64,000 bases of DNA from Eledone cirrhosa (Eukaryota). Below are positions 55,513 to 64,000 of the stretch, in pieces. Where the stretch lies: the NCBI GenBank assembly GCA_964016885.1, contig OZ024753.1, positions 35,464,001-35,528,000 of the forward strand, written 5' to 3'. The notes below the pieces were generated by a model that was not told the origin of the DNA, did no database searches, and worked only from the letters and a program-made list of their open reading frames with translations. The stretch's first letter is position 1. Each line of letters begins with the position of its first letter. The position numbers and the translations under genes were made by a program.

Positions 55513-55515
<3 letters not shown>
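55098..55515 (-). mobile_element. CR1-group LINE 3' fragment embedded in a giant microsatellite
   Basis: ...[16 protein letters not shown]...[17 protein letters not shown]...NSNSLLEW resembles CR1/L2-group ORF2 C-termini. Short repeated tail TTCAAAGTTA x2. Confidence 0.75.
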
Positions 55516-55558
<43 letters not shown>

Positions 55559-55748
55559 CATATATATATACATATACATATACATATATATATACATATA
55601 CATATACATATATATACATATATATATACATATACATACATATATATATATATATACATATATATATACATACATATATATATATATATACATATATATA
55701 TACATATATATATACATACATATATATATATATACATACATATATATA

Positions 55749-55780
<32 letters not shown>

Positions 55781-55980
55781 NNNNNNNNNNNNNNNNNNNN
55801 NNNNNNNNNNNNNNNNNNNNNNNNNNNNNNNNNNNNNNNNNNNNNNNNNNNNNNNNNNNNNNNNNNNNNNNNNNNNNNNNNNNNNNNNNNNNNNNNNNNN
55901 NNNNNNNNNNNNNNNNNNNNNNNNNNNNNNNNNNNNNNNNNNNNNNNNNNNNNNNNNNNNNNNNNNNNNNNNNNNNNNNN
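55781..55980. other. Assembly gap (200 N)
   Basis: Run of n. Confidence 1.
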
Positions 55981-55982
55981 AT

Positions 55983-56014
<32 letters not shown>

Positions 56015-56145
56015 TACACATACATACATATATACACATACATACATATATATATATATATATACACATACATACATATATATATATATACACATACATA
56101 CATACATACATACACATACATACATATATATATATATACACATAC

Positions 56146-56191
<46 letters not shown>

Positions 56192-56325
56192 GTATGTGTA
56201 TATATATATATATGTATGTATGTGTATGTATGTATGTATGTATGTGTATATATATATATATGTATGTATGTGTATAATATATATATATATATATGTATGT
56301 ATGTGTATATATGTATGTATGTGTA

Positions 56326-56361
<36 letters not shown>

Positions 56362-56635
56362 TGTATGTATGTGTATATATATATGTATGTATGTATGTGT
56401 ATATATATATGTATGTATGTGTGTATATATATATGTATGTATGTGTGTATATATGTATGTATGTGTATATATATGTTTGTATGTGTATATATATATATGT
56501 ATGTGTATATATATGTATGTATATATATATATATGTGTATATATATGTATGTATATATATATATGTGTGTGTATATATATATGTGTATATATATGTATGT
56601 ATATATATATATGTGTGTATATATATATATGTATG

Positions 56636-56690
<55 letters not shown>

Positions 56691-57393
56691 GTGTATATAT
56701 ATATATATATGTGTGTGTATATATATATATATATGTATGTATGTGTATATATATATATATGTATGTGTATATATATATATATATATGTGTGTATGTGATT
56801 ATATATGTATGTTATGTTTGTGTATATATATATATATATATGTATGTGATTATATATATATGTATGTGATTATATATCTATGTATGTGTATATATATATA
56901 TATGTATGTGTATATATATATGTATGTGTATATATATATATATATATGTATGTATGTGTATATATATGTATATGTATATATGTGTGTGTATGTATATGTA
57001 TGTATGTGTGTATATATATATATATATGTATGTGTGTATATATATATATATATGTATGTATGTGTATATATATGTATATGTATATATGTGTGTGTATGTA
57101 TATGTATGTATGTGTGTATATATATATATCTATGTATGTGTGTGTATATATATATAAATATATATCCTCCATATGTAACATTGATAGAGGTAATAGTAAA
57201 ACAAAACAAAACAAAACAAAAAGAAGAGAGAAAGAGAAAGTAAGTAGAGAGAGGGGGGGGGGGGGGCAGAGAGATAAAAAAAGGTTATTTTCTCTCCTTG
57301 TTTTAGCAATGTTCCAAAATAGCCAACTTCACAATATCAACATATGTTGCTCAACCTTGCCTCTCTAATTCCTCGGTAGTTTCTCTTTTGCTG

Positions 57394-57467
<74 letters not shown>

Positions 57468-57473
<6 letters not shown>

Positions 57474-57748
57474 ACTGTACATATACACACAGATATATAT
57501 ATATATAAACACTGTACATATACACACATATATATATATATATAAACACTGTACATATACACACAGATATATATATATATAAACACTGTACATATACACA
57601 CATATATATATATATATAAACACTGTACATATACACACATATATATATATATATAAACACTGTACATATACACACAGATATATATATATAAACACTGTAC
57701 ATATACACACATATATATATATAAACACTGTATATATACACATATATA
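57468..57748 (+). repeat. Minisatellite, unit of about 34-38 bp (ATAAACACTGTACATATACACA(C/G)ATATATAT...)
   Basis: About 8 tandem units. Confidence 0.9.
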
Positions 57749-58162
57749 TATTTTTTTTATTTTCATCTTGTAAGTCAGAGTTATGCAACTTACATGTTTC
57801 CCCTCTCTAAACATGAAGTTAGACTAAGTATCAGAAGATACTGGACTGACAAGGATGACTATATGGCAATGAATCAGCAGAGTTGCTGAAACATCAGATA
57901 AAATTTTCTGGTTCTCTGCAGTTTGAGTTCAAATCTTACTGAGGCCAACATTGCTTTTCATCCTTTTGGGGGCAATAAATAAAATACCAGTCATTTACTT
58001 GGGTCGATTCTTCCTATATTTATGATTCTCTCAGGAAGAAATCGGCTGTGTTCAGATCTGGAGAGGGATGCTATAATGGTAGAACATGGAACCATATGTA
58101 AGCGAGAGGCAAACCCTTGGCTTGTCAGGAAGGTCAGTGATCCTGCTTCAGTGCTCACTCAG

Positions 58163-58552
58163 TGCCTTAGTCATCTTGTTAGAGCGAGTATTTGGAAAAT
58201 ATATTAAGATGTTTATCAAAAAAATGAAGAAACTGTATATATTATATATTTTATTAGTCATTTTAAAAAGACTACCAAAGATGATATTAATAGTCTTTAG
58301 CCAGAACGAAACACCAATTTGTGTCACTATTAGCAATGTATGTATGTATGTTACATGTTACCAGTAGTGCTGGAGAGGGACCTGACATAGTACAACCTGT
58401 GCATGGTCTGCAACTAAACTGGAAACCCCACCGAGTTTGCTTGGTGATGAGGGTGAATTTGGACACCCTGTGGGATGAAAAAGAAAACCTGTCAAAGGGC
58501 AGAGAATCCCAAGAGAGTCAACGGCCAGCCAATAAAGTTTTCTTTTTTTTTT
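58163..58552 (+). repeat. Near-identical direct repeat of about 390 bp, second copy at about 63403-63787
   Basis: tgccttagtcatct...aataaagttttcttttttttt. The copies differ in (GTAT)n length, scattered substitutions and a deletion of about 27 nt between gtcaa motifs. Confidence 0.9.
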
Positions 58553-58969
58553 ACCTGTCCAACTCTTGCTAGCTGGGAAAGTGGACATTAAATGCTGATG
58601 ATGTAGATGATAAAAGGATAAAAAGAAAAAACAAATTTGACCTTAACCAGATTTCATCTCAAAGTACAGAGAACTGAAACAAACACTATAAAAGTATTTA
58701 ATCCAAATTGTTAACAACTCTGCTAGTTTACCTTAGCAAAGGTATTATATATATAACTGTATCATTTCTTCTAATGTTAGATCCAAAATCTTCCCAAAAT
58801 CTAAAGAATGCCATAAAAAAACCCTCCTGATGTTTGTAGACAAGTGTAGTGAGGCGGATATATTCTAGCCATTGGAAAAAGCAAAATAAATGCCTCTCCT
58901 TCGATGGAGGGGTGACTTAAGAAGAAGTGTTTGTTCCCTGCATCACTTCACCTCTAAGAATATTCCTCA

Positions 58970-59027
58970 CTGATGAGGATGATGATGACGGTGGTGGTGA
59001 TGATGGTGGGGATGGTGATGGTGATGA

Positions 59028-59059
<32 letters not shown>

Positions 59060-59090
59060 ATGTTGATGATGGTGGGGATGATGGTGATGG

Positions 59091-59121
<31 letters not shown>

Positions 59122-59910
59122 GGTAATGTTGATGATGGTGGTGGTGATGGTGATGTTGATGATGGTGGGGATGATGGTGATGATGGTGGTGGTGGTGGTG
59201 GTAATGTTGATGAGGATGATGATGACGGTGGTGGTGATGATGGTGGGGATGGTGATGGTGATGATGATGATGGTGGTGATGTTGATGGTGGTGGTGATGT
59301 TGATGATGGTGGGGATGATGATGATGGTGATGATGATGATGATGGTGGTGGTGGTAATGTTGATGATGGTGGTGGTGATGGTGGGGATGATGATGGTGAT
59401 GATGGTGGTGGTGATGGTGGGGATGATGATGGTGATGGTGATGGTGATATTGATGATGGTGGTGGTAATGGTGGTAATGTTGAAAATGGTAGTGATGGTG
59501 GTAATGTTGATGATGATGGTGGTGATGGTGGTAATATTGATGATGGTGGTGATGGTAGTAATGTTGATGATGATGGTGGTGATGGTGGGGATGATGATGG
59601 TGATGATGGTGGTGGTGATGGTGGGGATGATGATGGTGATGGTGATGGTGATATTGATGATGGTGGTGGTAATGGTGGTAATGTTGAAAATGGTAGTGAT
59701 GGTGGTAATGTTGATGATGATGGTGGTGATGGTGGTAATATTGATGATGGTGGTGATGGTGGTAATGTTGATGATGGTGGTGGTTATGGTGGTAATGTTG
59801 ACGATGGTGGTGATGATGATGACAATGGGGATGATGATGGTGGTTGTGATGGTGATGATGTTGATGTTGGGGATGATGTTGGTGTTGGTGGTAATGGTGT
59901 TGATGATGAT
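58970..59910 (+). repeat. Compound (GAT/GGT) trinucleotide repeat with higher-order duplications
   Basis: Open in several frames on both strands. Includes a duplicated block of about 204 bp containing gttgaaaatggtagt. Confidence 0.92.
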
Positions 59911-61605
59911 TACAGTTGTTGGGATAGTAATTTGACTTTTGAATGACATAGTACAAGTATATAAGATATAGTAATTGTCTGCTGTTGTTTATACAAGCCA
60001 GCTCTATAATACTTAGAAGATATCTAAGGAATTCCTACCATTTTTAATGTTGATTTTGCTCCATATAACATTTCAGACATTGGCTAGATAAGATCATTTA
60101 TCAGGATTCTATAACAGAAGAATGGCTTCTCTCTAAAAAGAAAGAATGTTCTATCTAAAAGAAGAAGCCAGAGAGAACACACCAATAACTAAATATTTTA
60201 GTCTTCGTGTTTTGTTTTTTTGTTTTATAAGAAGTTAAAAATATCCTTCAGCAATAACTTATAGTATTTTGTGAGAAGATTAGTGTTTGGCGCTTTGCAT
60301 CTCCAAATGATGGTGTTGGTAGGAGAAGGGTGGTGGTGGTGGTGGAGGAGGAATGGGAGGGTGGAATCATCACAAATAGGTAATTATCACAAGCATCTCA
60401 CTATTGTCATTGTTTCTACATCCACTTTTCAATGCCGGCAGGAATTAAATGGGAATTTATTTTTGAGGCAATGTTTTACGGCCAGATGCTTTCCCAGACT
60501 TTCCAGACACCAAACTATTTAGTTACTTCTTATGGCATGTACAGACACAATGTCTAAAAAATGTTTTAAATCTGTCTCAAGCCAGAAGGCTTGTTAGACT
60601 GGAGTTTATCCCGGTTTCTTGGCGTGAAGTGACTGAGAGTACAAATCTCTTCCCTGGACAGGACACCAGTCCATCGCAGGTTTAACCCTTTAGCATTTAA
60701 ACTGGCCATATCCGGCCAGAATTCTGTCACCTCTTTCTGTTCAAACTGGCCATAACCAGCTGCTTATACTTATGTTAAGGTATTGTTCTCAAAATAAATA
60801 ATCTGAAAATCTCATAGATTCAACATTATGTGAGGTAATTATGTGAGCTAAAGCCTTTACTGTGAAAATACAATTATATATGTTGAGTAAGGTAAATGCT
60901 AAATGGTCAAACCCCCAACTATTGCTGGTATGTACTATTCAGCTGAGTATACTGGAGCAATGTGAAATGAAGTGTTTTGCTCAAGAACACAACATGCAAC
61001 CTAGCCCAGGAATTGAACCTACGACATCAGGATCATAGGTCTAATACCCTTACCGCAAGGCCACATGCCTCCACTAGACACTGTACTTATTCTAAAAACT
61101 GTATATATTTGGTAGATATCACACATAGGCATAGTTGTTACAATATCAGAATGTTTTGCAATATTCATTCCAGCTCTCTGCACTCTGAGGTCAATTTTGT
61201 CTTTCATCCTTTCGAGGTCAATGAAAAAGTACCAATCCAGTACTGATCAAAGCATCAAACAGAATGTTTTGCAGAATTGATTCTGGCTTTCAGCTTTCTG
61301 AGTTCAAATCCTGCTTATCTCCCCTTTGAAAACTCTTTGATATTCTAACCTCCTTCTGAAATGTTCAATTTTCAAGATGGCTGACTGGCAACATCTCTTG
61401 GTTTCTCTCCCATCGACATTTTTATTTTATTGTATTTTCTTATTCTAATCTATCTTCCATTTCTTCTTCTCTTTCTCACTCTATCTTCCAATGAAAGACT
61501 ATCTTCTAAAACGTTAAGCCTCTTATATTCCTACTTTATCATCTTTGTATTGTATTTTCTCCTGTTTATTTTTCACTGTTCGTTTTTCTTTATATATATA
61601 TATAA

Positions 61606-61930
61606 TGGAGGCACATAGCTTAGTGGTTAGAGCATTGGCCTTGCAATCGAAAGGTTGTGAGTTCAATTCTCAGACCGGGTGATGTGTTGTTTTTTCTTGA
61701 GCAAGACACTTTATTTCACATTGCTCCAGTTTACTCAGCTGTAGAAATGTCCCTATCATTCCACTGTAAAGTGGTCGTGGAGGTGCCACGGCAAAAAAGC
61801 ACCCAGCACTCACTGTAAATGAGGTTGGTGTTAGGAAGGGCATCCAGCTGTAGAAATCAAGCCAGAATCAGTTCCCGTCCCACCCTTGCAAGCAGGGTAA
61901 AGCGGACGTAAAATGAAATGAATGAAATGA
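61606..61930 (+). mobile_element. tRNA-derived SINE with CORE-like centre and RTE-derived tail
   Basis: A box (TAGCTTAGTGG), B box (GTTCAATTC), ttgagcaagacactt...cagctgtagaaatg, and a tail shared with the RTE 3' UTR. Other copies on the minus strand at 5121-5467, 9377-9645 and 62000-62244. Confidence 0.85.
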
Positions 61931-62244
61931 TTATACATATCTATATATATACATATTTGTATGTGTATATATTATATATTTATTTATATATATATATAAT
62001 CATCATTTCATCATTTCATTTTACGTCCACTTTTCCCTGCTTGCAAGGGTGGAACGGGAACTGATTCTGGCTTGATTTCTACAGCTGGATGCCCTTCTTA
62101 ACACCAACCTCATTTACAGTGAGTGCTGGGTGCTTTTTTGCCGTGGCGCCAACACGTCCACTTTGCAGTGGAATGATAGGGACCCCAGTCCCTATCATCT
62201 CATTTCTACAGCTGAGTAAACTGGAGCAATGTGAAATAAAGTGT

Positions 62245-62828
62245 CAGAATACACCCTGTTCACAGTTTAAAAGTCAAGAATTAGCTTAAAGTAATTTATA
62301 TTGAGCAAATGAAACACACATTGTATACATACATATATACATTTATATGATTATATACATGCATACATACATAAATGTATATACTTGCATACCTGCATAC
62401 ATATGTTTATATGCTTACACACATGTATACATATGTATATGAACATACATATATGCATTCATATATATATATAAATGAAAAGTATAGAAATTATTGTAGC
62501 AAGAAGCCAACAGTATATATATATTTATATAAATATATATATACTGTTGGCTTCTTGCTACAATAATTTCTATACTTTTCATTTATATATATATATATGA
62601 ATGCATATACATCTATGTATGTATGTATGTTCATATATATATGTATACATGTGTGTAAGCATATAAACATATGTATGCAGGTATGCAAGTATATACATTT
62701 ATGTATGTATGCATGTATATAATCATATAAATGTATATATGTATGTATACAATGTGTGTTTCATTTGCTCAATATAAATTACTTTAAGCTAATTCTTGAC
62801 TTTTAAACTGTGAACAGGGTGTATTCTG
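62245..62828. repeat. Spacer-less long palindrome (arms of about 284 and 300 bp)
   Basis: Centre between 62528 and 62529. The arms differ by 16 nt of microsatellite and at least one substitution. Confidence 0.95.
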
Positions 62829-63833
62829 TCTCCCCACACTAACATAGGTGTAATACTTTACAATTTATGTGGTGAGTAAGTGTATAAATATATCTACATA
62901 GGGAAGCAGTGTACTCTCAACATGCTTAGAACTATGTGTATGTATGTATATATGTATGTTTATGTGTGTGTGAGTGTATGAATGTGGACATATGTGTGTA
63001 TATGTATGTATATATATAATGTATATATATATATATATGCTAGTGTGGTGGAAGATGGTTGTTAAACAAAGATGATGATGATGATGTTGATATATATATA
63101 TATGTATATGACATCATCATTTACTGTCCCTTTTCCCTGTTAGCTAGACACACATACACACACACACACACATACACACACACACATATATGTGACACAT
63201 ATAACATGTATTTTTAGGAAACAAGACACCATGGCCAAATATTCATGCTAAAACCATTTACTATATAGCCACCACCTTCTTTCACTCACACAGCTGAACT
63301 ATCAATCTATCATATAATATTTATCTACTGTGTAGAGCTATTTTAACAGCCTCGCCCCTTACTTATCTGAGCTGGTTCTCACTGTATGCCCCTTACTGCT
63401 TTTGCCTTAGTCATCTAGTTAGAGGAGTATTTGGAAAATATATTAAGATGTTTATCAAAAAAATGAAGAAACTGTATATATTATATATTTTATTAGTCAT
63501 TTTAAAAAGACTACCAAAGATGATATTAATAGTCTTTAGCCAGAATGAAACACCAATTTGTGTCACTATTAGCAATGTATGTATGTATGTATGTATGTAT
63601 GTATGTATGTTACATGTTACCAGTAGCGCTGGAGAGGGACCTGATATAGTACAACCTGTGCATGGTCTGCGACTAAACTGGCAACCCCACCGAGTTTGCT
63701 TGGTGATGAGGGTGAATTTGGACACCCTGCGGGATGAAAAAAGAAAACCTGTCAACGGCCATCCAATAAAGTTTTCTTTTTTTTTTGTGGAGCGAGAGAC
63801 TCCTAGTCTTCATTAAGACATCTCTCTAGAATG

Positions 63834-63998
63834 TTACTCTGATATAAAACCTGCGACTTCATTTGCATCCATTGATGTAGACCAGTTCTTCTTTTTGAGC
63901 AAATGCATTCGATGTTCAGAGAGTGGGATTGACTCTGTGCAAAGTCTTTCCTCACTTAAAAAAGCTTCAAGCTCAGGCATTGCTTGATATGTGACATT
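63834..63998 (-). CDS. Possible terminal coding segment of a gene extending beyond the window
   Basis: Non-repetitive open frame NVTYQAMPELEAFLSEERLCTESIPLSEHRMHLLKKKNWSTSMDANEVAGFISE* running in from the window edge. No family recognised. Confidence 0.35.
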   Translation of the reverse strand, partial: NVTYQAMPELEAFLSEERLCTESIPLSEHRMHLLKKKNWSTSMDANEVAGFISE

Positions 63999-64000
63999 TT

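Larger units (their letters stand above)
52900..57165. repeat. Giant compound (TA)/(TACA)/(TACATG) microsatellite, interrupted by a CR1-like fragment and an assembly gap
   Basis: Alternating purine-pyrimidine sequence. Source of the 700-aa YI/CI ORFs. Confidence 0.95.

Noticed and set aside
52865-57368. ORFs of 300-744 aa (YI/CI/HV-rich)
   Set aside because: Stop-free translations of TA/CA microsatellite, open in nearly all frames on both strands.
58927-59956. Gly/Asp-rich or poly-His ORFs resembling structural or metal-binding proteins
   Set aside because: Trinucleotide repeat open in several frames, with no signal peptide or convincing splice context. The same applies to 11451-12184, 14298-15178 and 51614-52494.
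61606-61680. tRNA gene
   Set aside because: The A and B boxes belong to a multi-copy SINE head, with no complete cloverleaf or terminator.

Overview
Eukaryotic, AT-rich, microsatellite-dense genomic DNA. The SINE/LINE repertoire and simple-repeat load suggest an octopod cephalopod such as Octopus (inference). Two multi-exon genes lie head-to-head, and both were reconstructed by hand with consistent GT-AG splice phases. MALSU1 is on the minus strand (4 coding exons, 35445 to 18053, about 357 aa). TMEM41A is on the plus strand (5 coding exons, 38262 to 46516, about 248 aa). The rest is RTE and CR1-type LINE 3' fragments, tRNA-derived SINEs, TTAA- and TA-targeting MITEs, satellites, microsatellites and a 200-N gap. 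Most long ORFs in the track are simple-repeat artefacts. The most notable unexplained signal is a dense set of minimal type I hammerhead ribozyme motifs: five near-complete cores, four decayed copies and several 3' halves. They sit in short Penelope-like pseudo-LTR remnants, mostly inside (TA)n tracts. Several remnants share a conserved downstream ACTC-TAC...GTA-TT-GAGT hairpin, and some have folded back at or near the ribozyme's stem II to make long inverted repeats. One core lies sense to the MALSU1 pre-mRNA. There is also a spacer-less palindrome of about 580 bp and a foldback element made of two inverted Pol III (tRNA-like) units.
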